Positions 30,726-45,761 of a stretch of DNA of 64,000 nt are shown piece by piece. Where the stretch lies: the NCBI GenBank assembly GCA_040357565.1, contig JBDODJ010000001.1. One strand, given 5' to 3'. Under the pieces are notes generated by a model. It saw only the letters and a list, made by a program, of their open reading frames with translations, was not told where the DNA came from and ran no database searches. The stretch is from Cercozoa sp. M6MM. Its lineage: Eukaryota > Protista > Endomyxa: Ascetosporea. The translations under genes and the position numbers were made by a program. The first letter of the stretch is position 1; each line of letters begins with the position of its first letter.

Positions 30726-31427
30726 TCAGCGACGACGACGACGACGAAGGAAGAGCGGCGAGGCGCAGCGTGCCTCCACAGAGCAGGCCTGTGCCAGGCT
30801 GGCACGCAGCACAATGGCACGCTGCAGCCGAGTGGCCGCCAGGAAGCGGTCGGCGCGACGCTCGAGCTCCTCGTTCTCCTGTCGCTCGCGCTGCAGTCGC
30901 TGCAGTCGCTGCAGTCGCTGCTGCGCGGCCAGTGCTGCCGCCGCTGCTGCCGCGCGATGCTGCCGACGCGCGACTTGGTGACGCTTGACGCAGCCGCTGA
31001 AGGAGCAGCGGCCACGGTGCTGCCAGCGCTGCTGCTGCAGACGCAGGCACTCTCGAGCAGCAGCCTCGCTGTCCAGCAGCTGCAGGAGTCGACGCTCGCT
31101 CTCACTCATCGCAGCAGCTGCAGCTGCAGTTGTTGTTGTTGTTGTTGTTGTCGACGCCGCCGGCTGTTGCCGCTGCGGCGCCTCGTTGGTGTCGACGGGT
31201 GCGTCCAGGCACCCGAAAATCTTGCGCAGGAGTTTCTGCACAGACACAGACACAGAAATATCGTCTACACAAAAGAAACAGCAACGAAAAAACAAAACAA
31301 AAGCAAAAACAGAAAAGACAAACAAAAAATCGGGCACGTGGCGTTTCTCCACACAAAGCTGACTAGTGGAGTTTTGGTTGGCACCTCTGGCTTGTAAACT
31401 ATATTTCCACCGGTTAAAGCATGCCAT
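30726..31427 (-). CDS. Hypothetical low-complexity (poly-T/A, Gln/Arg-rich) protein
   Basis: GC-rich coding-like ORF 30726-31240 with a probable T-rich intron upstream. Confidence 0.45.
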   Translation of the reverse strand: MACFNRWKYSLQARGANQNSTSQLCVEKRHVPDFLFVFSVFAFVLFFRCCFFCVDDISVSVSVQKLLRKIFGCLDAPVDTNEAPQRQQPAASTTTTTTTTAAAAAAMSESERRLLQLLDSEAAARECLRLQQQRWQHRGRCSFSGCVKRHQVARRQHRAAAAAAALAAQQRLQRLQRLQRERQENEELERRADRFLAATRLQRAIVLRASLAQACSVEARCASPLFLRRRRRR

Positions 31428-31489
31428 ACCTCTAATTTCGCTCAACAAACTGAAACAACAAAAAAGGCACCAGGCGACGGGGGATTCGA

Positions 31490-34026
31490 TTTACTGTTCC
31501 GGCACGGTCGTCGAAGTTCCGGCTTGCGCCGCAGCCTGCGTGTCTTTCAGTTTCTTCGTGAACTTGAGAGAAAGTGTCTTGTTGCCAGTAGCAGTGTCCT
31601 CCGACAGGAGACTCTCGGTGCTGTTGACAGTGCTGGGACTGTTCTCTTGCGAGTTCGTCGAGTGAGCTCTCGCCGCAGCAGCGGCACGTGCCTATTTTAA
31701 TTCACTTGACTATACATACATTTAGGATAGATCAAGAGTCGAACTGACTGCGCGCAGAATGTCGAGTTGCTTCTGCTGTTCCTGGCGTGCCTGCCACAAG
31801 AGCACCTCGAGTCAACAAAACAGTGCTCTCATTTACCAATATTAAACGCACCTGTCGGTGCAGTAGCATCTGCAGCTGCTGCTGCATGTGCACATAGGAG
31901 GCAGCAGCCGGCGACACCAAAAGCTGCGGCTGCAGACGGCGCAGAACGTGTGCTGACAACGACATGGAATTCGCCGTTGCCACTGGGACACGTGCCTGTA
32001 TCGACGACGAGGCTTTCTGCTGCACAGCGTTGGCCGAATGGACTATCGGCGTCGGAGCAGCAGTCAGTGGCACCGACGAAATCGGCGTCGACGACACGGC
32101 CACCGAAGTCGATGATGGCGACGTGGGCGACGACGGCGACGATGCCGATGCGGGTGCATCCTTCTTCTACCAGTGTCCACATTGTCGCACATTAGCTATC
32201 AATCACACCAAGTGCCAAACGCAAAGCACTCTGCGCACCTGTGCTGAGCGCAGTTCCTGCAACACGCTGCGCAGCTGCAGAGGACGAATGTCCTTGAGGC
32301 GACTGTAGACCCAGGTCACCATGTCCGACCGCAGTAGCACCTTGATGTAGCCTACTCACATGTGTATCATACTGCTGTACTTGCACCCTCTATGTGTTTA
32401 CTTTGAGAGCACCGTTGGAGCCGCGATCAATGTATCCGACAGCACCGCGGTTCTTGCCCGAGACGACACAGACCGGTTGAGTCATGTACTTGGACAGGTC
32501 GGACGATGCGATGAGTGTGTCCCGCAGCACCGGCGCCTTCTCAATCAGCTCGGCATCGGTCAGTTTCAGCGCGCACTGTCGCGGGTGCAGCAACAACTGT
32601 CGTCGCTGAGTTGCCGCTGCCGCCGATCCACCGCCTCCTGTGCCTGCCGTCAACGACGAGTCCCCGTACTTGCCCGTGCGCTCGGCTGCCGACTCGGGCG
32701 TGCTCTGACGACGACGTTTCGTACGACGTTCCGCCACGTAGCCTTCCTCCAACTCATCTAGTTTAAGCATAGAAGTGACTCGACACATCCAAGTCCTAAG
32801 TGAACGCACCAAGAAGCAAGCGGTCCATTTTCTCGGTCGGCTTGGGTTTGCGGCGCTTCTTTGAGTTGCGACGGCCGCTGCGACCGCAGATGCGAGCATT
32901 TAAATTGTCTGCGCAACCGTTTTTGGTACCAAAGATACCCCTTGGATGCTTAAAGTAGCTACCCTCTCGCATATCGAGAAGCATCCGCGCGGCCAGATGA
33001 ACCTCCTTCTCGTTGGCCAGCGGCGACGCCGGTCGAGATGCCGCGTGCGGCAGCATCGGCGTGCTCGCGCTCTGATCGGCGTTGCTGTCGGTGGCACTTT
33101 CTTTCGCACTGCTTGTCGTGCTATTGCTCGTTGCTGCCGTGCCTGCACCATCGAGATTGTAGGGATTGGGGAGGGGCAAAAGATAAACACTCCCTACCCA
33201 TGGAGGAAGTGCGAGTGCGAAGCGACTGCGGCGGCACTGGCGTGTAACTCACCAGTGTCTTGTGCACACCTGGAAATACAAGGGGTAAAGAGGGCGGCAA
33301 AGAGGAGGTAAAGTGATTTGGATTGATATACCACGCACACGCTCCGTAAAATCGGCGTCGTCTGACATGAAACTACGTGGCAGGTGGCGACGTCGCGTGC
33401 TGAAAGGTAGGGGATGACGAAAGGGTAAAAGAGATGAGAGGGGGCGAGAGGGGGTCGAACCGTGCACGCAGCAGAGGTGTGTCGGGTCGATCCTGCAGCT
33501 GCAGCCAGTTCTGCGAGTCGCGCGAGCACGACGAAAACGACGGCGAGAACGAACGCGCCGACGACGACCGACTCAGCGAAAGGCGACTCTTCGATCCGAC
33601 TCGACTCGATCCAACTCGACTCGATCCAACTCGACTCGACTCGTCAATCAAAGCTGGCGACAGACGCGACTGGAACAGACTCCGCTCGAGTCGCAAATCC
33701 TCGCTGGGCGAGCGGTCGCCAAAGTCTAATTCGAATTCGACTGCTGAAGCTGCACTCGGTAGTCTTGAAGCCGAGGCAGTCAAAACTGGACCCGAAGCTG
33801 AAGCTGAGGTTCGAGAAGGCAACTCCTGCTGCCTCTGGATAAGATGCTGGAGCACTCGTTCCTGTTCCTCCAGATCCGGCAGGTCGAGCAAACTGTCGCT
33901 CTCGGACAAAATGTCGCGCGCACTGTTGCAGTCACAAACAAAAATATCACGTTCACAAGCAAATGAACCTGGCGCTTCGCACACTTTTACAAAAAAAAAC
34001 ACTGCGAAGCGAATGCGAATCATCAC
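31490..34026 (-). CDS. Hypothetical Ser/Gln/Ala-rich multi-exon protein, possible nuclear regulator
   Basis: Exon chain 33373-34026, 32796-33179, 32390-32760, 31732-32180, 31490-31690. Contains AARMLLDM, basic KKRRKPK and KOW-like VCVVSGKNRGAVGYI. Further 5' exons may lie at 34500-35150. Confidence 0.5.
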
Positions 34027-35766
34027 AACTCTAGCCCAAGCATCAAACTAGACAGCGAGAGACACAAAGGTGAAAAAGGCCGGGCGGGGCGAAGAAACAA
34101 CAACAAAAACTCAATGCGCACGCTGCGAGGACAGACCCAGCGGCCACCTGACTCGGGCGACAGACAGGTCGAGCGACGCTGGCAGAAATCACTGGTGTGA
34201 CACTTTGCTTGCGCTGCGAGAAAGACAGCAGCCGAGATGTGCGTCAGGTCCGTGCCGAACGCGCCTCACGCCGCGCAACTCCAGTGTGCCCGGACTTTGC
34301 CTCGGTCAGATGCGTGACAATCGTGCCGGCACGCTCGCTTCCGTCTTTTGTGTTTACGCAGATTTCGCGTCAGGCAAAGGCACCAAACAGTGTCTTTGGA
34401 GTCTGGAACACCCCCAAGGCAAGAAAATTCGCGACCAAGCTCGCCAAATTGTTGAAAGCCCGAGTTTTTTTTTAAATTGAAAACTGCGAAAACCAAAAAG
34501 GCTGCTTTACCAATGTCCTCGCAACAGCTCCGGTGTCGAACTGACAAATTTTAAATTTAATGAACAAACGCCAACAAACGTAGACACTCTTCGACTACGT
34601 TACCTTCGTGATCGTTGTGGAGGCACTTGCTCAGAACTCAAGAAGAGTCGTCTCAAGCGACGCTCGAAGGTCGAGACTCGACGAGAGCGCAGTGGAGGGA
34701 AAGTGCTCGCCACGCTCGCTAAAGACGAAAGCGAAGCCGAGCGGGGCCGAATTTGCACATTGATCCGTGAAGAGGCTTCTTCACGGTCTCGACTTTGTTT
34801 CTCCCCCAATTCGCTGCTTCTTCGAGGTCGCTTTTCTGCCGTTTTGACTTGGAAGATATCTTGGCCAAGCACCTACTTGCAACAAGCGAATAGGACTAGT
34901 CCACACTGTGATACAAATCCCGGGGTATGCAAAAAGGCTGGGTATCGCATTGTTTTGCGAGAACTGATTGAGTCAAAATAGAGCTTCGCAAAGCAAAACC
35001 ACAGAACTTGATGATTATTGATTGGGGGTCAACTGAATGTCCGAAAGCACAGCCATTACGCTGAAAAGGCACAAAACAACAACAAATCATCAATGCGATC
35101 AAGCAAACAAATCGATCGTCATGCCACACTCACCGGTACTTCCATGACACCGGGATTAGAAAAGATCTAATGAGCTTCTTCTGCTGCTATAGAGGCAGGT
35201 AAAAGGCACCAAACGTTCGTTTGCTGGATGAACAAGTCTGTCGGTCGGTTCACACAGCAAACGAGTTTTTGACCCGAAGATCCGCTGTCACGAGGCCATT
35301 CACTCTACTCTAAGTTCTCGTTAGCCATGCCAGGAGGACCAACAGCTTAGCCGCTTATAAGACTTCTTTTTTCGGTAGCGAAGCGAAAAATCGAGACAGA
35401 GAGAGAAACTGTAAGAAGATATAGACAGCACTCTAAGGTCATCCAGCGACTGCAACGTGTCTCGAAGCTAACGCTGTTGAGAAGCATCGCCCATTAAACA
35501 CCGTTTGCTGGTATCGTTGCAGACGACCCCAGCGGATGTCCACTGATCCTCAATCATGAACTCGACATAAAAGGCATGTCACGGAAACAGATCTCCGCCG
35601 GGTTACTGTATATTGATTTAATTTTTACCAGGACGGTGTCGTACGTATGCAGATGCCGTGCGTAGATGAACGGACGGGAAGCTCTGGTTATATGATACCA
35701 GTAGATAGTTCAGTTTACATACGACAAACGCAAGCAGCATACGAATTGCGTTGGATTGGCGCAAAC

Positions 35767-37903
35767 TTAGTAGGACTCCTCGGACATGGACTCATCGTCC
35801 TCGTCGTCCTCATCGCCCTCGTTGTCGAACTCGTCGTCGGCAACGCGGTAGACGAGGACCTGCGACTTCTCGGGGTGCTTGAGGTAGAGGTACTTGCCGT
35901 CCGGAGCGGTACGCACGGCGTCGAGCAGCTCCTTGAGCACGGCGTACGCGTTGCGCAGCTCGAGACGCAGGCGCGGCAGCAGGGCGCCCATCGTAAGTCG
36001 CTCAACGTGCAGGCACTCGTGCGTCTTGTTGTTGGTCACCAGCTTGCGCGACACAAAGCCGAGACGGAAGTCCTCGGCGCCGGCGAGCGCGGCCTGCATG
36101 GCCCAGCGCGACACGAGCGGCAGGTTGGCGCGGATCTCGCCCATTGACACCGTAGCCGGCTGCGACTGCAGCTTGCGGCGCCTACAGGGGAGTACAGATG
36201 GGTACGGACACTACAGAGAGGCACAGACACAGCCTACCAGTCACCCAGACGCACACCCGGACGCGGGCGACGCTCGTTGGCATGCTGCGGCATCTTGGCC
36301 TGCTCACACTCGACAAAGGCGCGCGCGAACACGTCCTGCTTCTCGCCGAAACGCGACGTGTAGCCACTGTGCAGTCACACAGGGGTCAGAGTGAAGGCCA
36401 AGAGTGAAGGGCCAGAGTGAGGTCATCCACGAAAGTGAGAGGAAGGAGTATGAGAGGAGTACGTGAGCTGCGTGCGTGCAATGATGACGAGGTCGCCGAG
36501 CTGCTTTTCGCCGGCAGCCTTGGCAGCCTTCTTGCCCTTCTTGGCGTGCGACACTTCCTCGGGCTCATCGTCGAACTCGTCGTCCTCGTATTCGCTCTCG
36601 TCGTCGCTGTCGAACTTGCGCTGCCGCGTGCGCACGCTGTCGCGCGCCGAGAAGCGCAGCTCGCGGTACCGGTAGTGCGTCGAGGAGGCGCGCTTGGCGC
36701 CGGCCTCCTTGGCCGCCTGCTGGAACGGGTGCGGGTTGCTCGACACCACGGCGTCCTTGCCGCACACGATCTGCTCGCCGAAGGTGTTGTTCACGCTGCC
36801 GGCCTCGCGGCTAAGCTCGTCGGGCGCGTTGATGCCCTCGCCCGTGAGTGCGCTGTTGCTGCCGGTCTCGTGCACCATGGGCACCGTCTCGCGCACGTCC
36901 GAGTGCGCACGCGAGTCCAGCACGATGCGTCCGTCCTTCTTGACGGCCACGATGTCGAACGAGTGCGCCGCGTTGGCCACCGACATCAGGTAGGACAGCA
37001 GCACGTCCGTGGCGTACACCGTGGTCTCGCCGTCCTCGTGCGCATCCTCCATGCCGGCGTCCTTCTCCATGAGCTCCGTGAGCACCGGGTCCTCCGACGT
37101 CGACGGCTCCACAAAGGCCACGTCCTCGTCGCGCACGCGCTGCATGCGCGCCGGCTTGCGCGTCGTCGCGGCCGCCAGGCCTGTGCGCGACGCGTTGAGC
37201 GACTTGAGCGCGCCACAGCGACGCACGTCCTTCGTGCTCGGCAGCTTGCGCGCCTGGAGCTTGCTCAGGTCGCCGAACTCAAAGACCTGCACGAGCTCCC
37301 ACTCCTCCTTGATGGGCACCGACGGCTGGCGCACCGTGCGGTCGTTCCAGCGGCGACGGCGGCCCCAGCGACGCCAGCGCATCCACTTGGCGCGACGCTT
37401 CGGCTGCACCTTGCGCTTCGGCTCGCGCGTCGTGCGCGCGAACTGCGGCAGACGCGGACCACGGCGCGACTTCCATCTGCGCTTGGTCTGTTCGGCAACG
37501 CACACACACACACACACACACATATTATCTCCCTACACTCAATATTCACGAGGGACACTTCGGGTACCGGGCGACTGCGCGAAGCGAGCGAGTCGACAAT
37601 CGTGAAACCTTCGCCTTCCTCCTCGTTGCGCTCGAGCTGGCACCAGTCCGCCGAGTGAGCCAGGTTCTCCGACTTGCGGAATAGGTCGTAGCCGACGAGG
37701 TCCAAATCCCGGATCGCACCAGTCAGCTCGGCCTGCGCCACTGTACACACCGGAAATCAAAAGAACAAACACAAGGAAAACACAATAAAACAAAAACACA
37801 CGATAGTACCCTGGGTGTCCTCATCCGGCACTGCCACGATGGTGTCCAGCGGACCCCACTCGTCACAGAAACTCGAGTCCAACTCGAATGCTGGCTTCGA
37901 CAT
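35767..37903 (-). CDS. EIF3D: Eukaryotic translation initiation factor 3 subunit D
   Basis: WGP, YDLFRKSENLAHSADW, FTIVDS, RQPSVPIKEEWELV, STSEDPVL, YATDVLLSYLM..SFDIV, SRWAMQAALAGAEDFRLGFVSR, DGKYLYLKHPEK, acidic tail. Confidence 0.93.
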
Positions 37904-38205
37904 GTCGCTCTGCGCACAGAGAAAACACAGTGGAAGATTACTCGACCAAAACACAAAAGCGAAACATGTGCTTTGAAGCCTATGACAACGTACAGGTAAA
38001 CGGACGTGCGTGAAACCACTAGCGGTACGTATGGCGAGTCCTGCTGGTGTTGGTTGTGCGGAGCGCCGGTGTAAGATGTCGTCACTATATTTAAAAAAGC
38101 GGTATTGTCTCAGAATGGCTTTGTACAGCACACTGGCGACTTTATTGATGCTAGTATAGTTGTTTTAGCACACTAGCGTAACGAAACGAGAATCCCGTTG
38201 AGCAC

Positions 38206-40098
38206 TCAATTCGACGAGAGCCGCTCGTTGAACTCGCGCACAGTCTCGCGCGAGTGCAGCATGTGCTCGAGGTTGCTCGAGATACGCACTTCGAGCTGTC
38301 GCTGCACGGAGAGGAACTTGACCACCTCCTGCAGCTCGTCGCGCGTCTGCTGGTGAATCATGAGCACGTGGCCCGGTGGCGGGTTCTCCGAGTGCGACAT
38401 GCCACTGTGCAACGCCTCCTCCACCTCGATCTGAATGATCTGCAGCTCACCGATCTCGCTGTTGACAATCGTTTTTTGCGTCGTCGCCCTTCGCAGCGCG
38501 TTGAACGACTGCGTGCGATCGCCGGACAATCTTTGGTGTTCCACCTGCCCAGAGTGCAAGAATAGAGGTAAAGTAATAGAAGGTGCATACGCAGGTAGTG
38601 AGCTACCTCGTGCGGCAAGTGCACGTTCTCATAAAAATCGGTGCAGAACATCAAAACAGCAGTCTCGCCAAAATCCACCTAAACCAAAGCATCTGATCTG
38701 TCAAAAACACTTGCAGAAATTTATCAGAAAAACTCAAGTACAGGTCGCTGCAAATCAGGCGTGTTTGGATCGGGGAACCAGTCAGCAAGCAGCTCACTCA
38801 TCGCCGTGTAGACCTCCCGATCGGTCTAAAAAGAAGACGGACATGATGACACAAGAAGAGAAAAGATTGAACTCACATCTGTTGACTGAGCAGCACGTTG
38901 GCTCACTTCGTGCTGCAGTTCGACAACCGCGTCCGCGATCTTTGCCGGGCCGTGTTCTAGAAAAACAGAAGCTTTAATCTGTTCAGTGAACACAAAGAAC
39001 GCGCAAAAGTACTGGCAAGCACACGCGTCACCAACTGTTGGGCACCTGCATTTCAGATTATTGAGTTGAAGGAAAGCAAATAAAGCGAGACGAAGTGTAA
39101 AATGGTACGCAGCGAGGCAGACACAAAATGCGACTCTTGTCGTGTTAGAGTCTACAAAGAAGCTTCAGTTTTGTTGTCTATAAAGCAAGTGAAACACAAG
39201 ATACACTCAGCTGATCCAAATGCTCGCGCAACCGTTCGACTTCATCTGCAAAAAATGAAACAATCAACAGGTCGGTAAAAGATTGGAAATTCAAAAAAAC
39301 GCACCAGTGAGCGCATCTCTTCGATCCATAAGTTCCGCTTGCAAGAGTTTCACGTGTGCACCCTTCTCCTTTAATCTGCATTTTGCCTGCAACATACTTA
39401 CTGGTGTCTAACTCAGCTGATTAAAAAATTGTCTCTGTCTCAACGCACCTGCCACTTTGCTGACGCAATTGCGCGCAGTCTTTCTCTCATGTCTTCTGCG
39501 AAAACACAAGCTTCTTACCAAGCAGGCAGAAGGTGATAAACGAAAGGGATCCAACCAGCTCGCGACTCGATATCATCGAGCACCTTTCTGTCACCCATCG
39601 TGGCAGATGATCCTGTCAGTGAGGACGACAGAGCATCTTCCATACTCGCGATCGTTGTCGTGAGTCGCAGGCATCGCACCCAGTCTGCAGCATCCTGTAC
39701 ACGATCAAGAAACAGTATTATTATCTGGGTGTGATGGAAAACCCGAACGTACAGTAGCAGACGGCGCCTCTAGCATGTAAACCTGCGACTGACTGCGAAG
39801 AACAAAGCGTTCGGGTCGTCCGTCGAGGGATTCCTCGACCACGGCTTTCAAAAGTGAAAGCTTTCCGCGCGGACGTGCACCCTGGAAAGCTGGACGCTCC
39901 TTGAAGTAAAATAGCTCATGCCGCACCGGATCTACTTCGATCTGTAAAAACACACTAGTTGGCAGCGAGACACGCAGAAAGCAGACTGGAAGTGTATACC
40001 CATCGACTGTTCCACTTTCTGACAACATCCGACCGCTTCTTCAGCCAACCTGACTTTAGCGAGAACGACACAAGGTCCTCGCCACTTGAAATCGACAT
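38206..40098 (-). CDS. PH-domain protein with helical/coiled-coil C-terminal region
   Basis: LKSGWLKKRSDVVRKWNSR/W..LFYFK..PRGKLSL..FVL..YMLEA../DAADWVRCL. Linkage to the exons at 38206-38700 is inferred. Confidence 0.65.
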
Positions 40099-40299
40099 GC
40101 ACGCAACTGCACTGGTTAGCCTTGCAGTTAATGCGCCGCAAAACAGGGGTAGTACATCCATCGGCTCATTCAGCGACGGAGCCGATAAAATAATCGCTGT
40201 CCCGAAAAAGACGATTTGAGCTGGCGAACTCACTCCAACAGCCTCGTTTTGTTGTTATTGTGCCGAAGGGCTACTAAGCGTTTTATTTCTGGAGGCCAA

Positions 40300-42183
<1,884 letters not shown>

Positions 42184-42616
42184 TTTCCTTTTGTGTTTTT
42201 CCCGCTGACTCTGCTTAATAATAATATGAACCATTAGAACATACTAGCAACATACTCTGCACGCGCCCTCTCGCGCCGATTGCCCAATAAAGTCTCATGG
42301 CTAGTCAATCGGCTTCTTTAATAATTGGAGGAAAATTGCCGCAGCGAACCACACCCTCACGTTGTCAGCGTCGCTCTTACGCAACACGGTACCTGCTTTC
42401 TGCTAGTTGCTGCTGCTGAGTACGCTGCTAGCTTTCTCTGGTCTGCTGTGAGAGTTTTGGTGGGCGTTTTTTTGTTTGTTTTCGTCATTGTGTCGTGTGA
42501 CCGGTTCGCTTGATCCTGCTCGTTGTTTCGACGAATAATTTTAACCACAATGCAAGCAGCGCTGTTTTTGTTGTTGAGAATCGTTTGATGTATGCGCAGC
42601 ACCAAACGAAGCCAAA

Positions 42617-43108
42617 ATGTCCGACAAAGTGCACGTCGGCCCGGAGGAGCGTCCTCTGGTGAGCTTGGCTTTTTTGTGTGTGACTGCTGACGTTGACTCC
42701 GTATGTTGATGGTTGTCTTCCTGGTGTGCAGCACATCCAGTACGACTTGATCAACGACGCCGACCTGCAGGATGCGCGTTTCCCGAACACGGTGAAGACG
42801 GAGGCGTGCCACACTTACTACACGCAGTTCGTCGAGTGCATCACGCGTCTGTCGCACTACAACCTCAAGTGCCTCAAGCTTCTCGACATGTCCGAGCAGA
42901 AGTGCGGCCTCGGCGGCAACTTTGAGCGCCTCGAGGAGTCGCGACTCGAGCGCGGCCACACGCGCTTCTTTAACAACTGGTTCAAGCCCACCGAGGAAGA
43001 GGAGGAGGTACCCGCCATGACATGTTCGTGTGTTGAGCATGCTTACTGTGCCAATTCGATCAGGACGACGACGACGATGATGAGGACGAGGACGAGGACG
43101 ACGAGTAA
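42617..43108 (+). CDS. COX6B: Cytochrome c oxidase subunit 6B (Cox12) with acidic C-terminal tail
   Basis: DARFPNTVKTEAC-x9-C..C-x10-C pattern; 3 exons. Confidence 0.8.
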
Positions 43109-43384
43109 GCGTGTCTGCATCGCCGCTCTCGGCTGCTGCTTTCTTCGCCTCGCTGGGACTGACGCCCTTTCACGTTTCCTTCCTTTTCTTTCCCATGCAA
43201 GCTTCCTTAGTCAGTGCCGTCGTGATGCATCCCCAATCCCATCAACGCAAACTTCCTCCAGCCGGTTGCCGTTGCTTGTGTTGATCGGTTGTTTGAGATC
43301 AAAGTGAGCGAGTCAACGAAAAATTATCTTCCTGGGCCAGTGTCACATGCTTTAGCGGACTCAGTTTATAGAATTAATAGCTTC

Positions 43385-45171
43385 ATGCACTCTGTTCGGG
43401 TGTTGGGTCGCCTGGCGCGAAAGCGAAATCTGCGATTCTGGGCTCCCAAACAGTTCGCCTGGTAATCACGTTCCGCCTGCTTCCGTTGTATTCAAGCATG
43501 TAAGAACTGCGCTGTTGTGCTTACGTACGTGTAATTCAGTCCAACCAACACGCCAAATGAGGACTTTGGAAGTCCCAGAGGCAGTGCCGTTGCGAACTGG
43601 GACAGTATACTCGACGACGTTGACAAGTAAACAAACCCAAAGCTGGAATGACGTTCAGCTTATGTTTTGTATTTGTGTTTAGAGAAGTGCACAGGCAGCG
43701 TAGAAGCGAAACTGTGCAACCGCCTGCTCTAGAGTTTATTTTTAGCGAGGCAGCACTGCCGCAACAGCGGCTACACGTGCGCAATCTCTTTCGCTACGGG
43801 CACGCCGGTATCTGCACTGCTTGGATTGTTTCGAATGTGTCACTGTTCTTGGATCGCAGCGCTGAGATACACTTTGCCGAATGGCGAGCAAAAACTTGTG
43901 AACATCTGCGGTTTGTTCGACAAGGAGATGGTTCACTTTCTGTCGCCCAGCAGGTGTTGTTCCGTTGTCTTTTCATTCTCCCTGGCACTCTGAATGATAC
44001 TCGTCTGTTCAGGTATTTGTTTGGCACCCACGGATTTGAAGACAGGTGCGAGCAAGGCGGAATGTACTTTTAATTTTGTTGTTTTGTTTGTTTGAAACCA
44101 ACTGATTAACTGACTGGTGTGGTCTCAGTTACAATCGCGCTTTCTGCGGAATTCGAATCGAAAATGTCGCTCCTGAGCGTTTGCTTTGTCTTTTCGATTC
44201 AAGATTTCATTGTTTTTGTGCTACTTTAGCCCATATGTTTAGGTCTCGAAGCGTTGCATGCCTACTTTGTGTACTTGTGTTTGTCCGGTTCAATCACTCA
44301 ATATTGGTATTTTGTTGTAGAGCACTCGAAAAGCGCGAGAAAGCTGGCATCACACGTTTCCAGTTGGTCGGAGGTACTTGGTTTTTCGCTCTTACACTCT
44401 GAGTTTTGGTATAAGTTTTCAAGTTGAAACAGGCAGGATACGGAACGTGGTTTCGCGTTATGTGCCACTGTTGCGCGATGGTGCGGAGCAAGGCAACTGT
44501 GCCTACTGGTATAGTAACTCTTCGATTCTTCTGTGTCTTGTCACAGTTGTACCCAGGTGTTCGAGTGCGCTTTCCTTTGCGGGTCTGCTGTACCGACAGC
44601 GGATCTTTCCAAAAGCGATCTGGTGGGAACTGTTGGAGAAGAACGCCGGCAACGCCACTGTCGTGTACTCGCATCTTCCCTTTTTGAAAGCTTCACTCGG
44701 CCAAATCCGTTTCTTGCAGGTACTACGATCAATGCAAGCACGCGAAGGAGCGTGCATTCATCGAGTTTGAACACGGCGACGGTCGGTGCTTTGGCTCGCC
44801 TCTGCAGGTGTTCCTTGTCTCTGACTTTTGTTATGATTGGTACAGTTAACATAAACAGTTTGTGCGCAACGTGTCCTACTTGGACATGCGGAGGATGGCC
44901 GATGTGGTCGTTTCTGTTCCCGAAGGCAGCGCGCTGGCGACGGTGACACCAGGGGAAGCACATCGTCCGCTTCGTTTCATTCCTGAGTTGCATGCATTCA
45001 CAGGTACTCTCGTTCTCTACTCTCCTTGTGTTGATTGAAATCTTTTCTATTGTGCACCGTTTTTTGATGATTTGACTTTGTGCAGTCGGTGCTTCACTGG
45101 CCGGCGCTGCCTACGCTGGCGGAACAAAGGCGCTTGCGGCTCTTTCGTTGCTGCACTACTGGCTTTACTAG
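43385..45171 (+). CDS. Uncharacterised permuted papain-like (NlpC/P60-type) protein with basic N-terminal presequence-like peptide and hydrophobic C-terminus
   Basis: Spliced RYGHAALRYTLPNGEQKLVNICG..EQGGIYNR..IRIENV..EQGNCAYWCSSALSFAGL..FPKAIW. Confidence 0.65.
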
Positions 45172-45629
45172 CATCGTCCTACAGCTACGCTCTTGCGCCG
45201 ACCGCGACTCGGATTGATTGAACGCAGGGCGGGGGCATGTGCACGCGTGGCCATGCGATGCATTCGACTCTACTGGGACGGGTGTGCAATGTCGGGCAGC
45301 TTTCGGTCCAGATTCTTTTGCTGTCAGGAGCAAGTGATGCATCTACCGTACCGCACCGCTCGCGGCTGCTTAGTAAATTGAGGGCACTGTACTGAAAGCA
45401 CAGTACTAAAGTGACAAAGTTACGTTTCTAACGCGTCGCCCCGTCACTGTTTTATTTCGTTTCTACCCCTTTCTACCCGTACCGGTATTGACCAGGGAAT
45501 CATACTCGCGTCGAATGGACTGAGAGTGGCGTTCAAATTCATTTGGATCCAAGGAAAGATACTCGAAGTCGGAGGTGTTTTTTATTCGAGGTGACTTCAC
45601 GCTCTTTCCTCCCAAAGTTCAAGAGCTAT

Positions 45630-45705
45630 TTAGCCAAAGAGGATGTCGGTCTCTGTGTGGTAAATCACACACAGAGTGTATGCATCGGACACACACACAC
45701 ACACA

Positions 45706-45761
<56 letters not shown>

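Noticed and set aside
36417-37658. 413-aa plus-strand ORF
   Set aside because: Antisense shadow of GC3-rich eIF3d exons.
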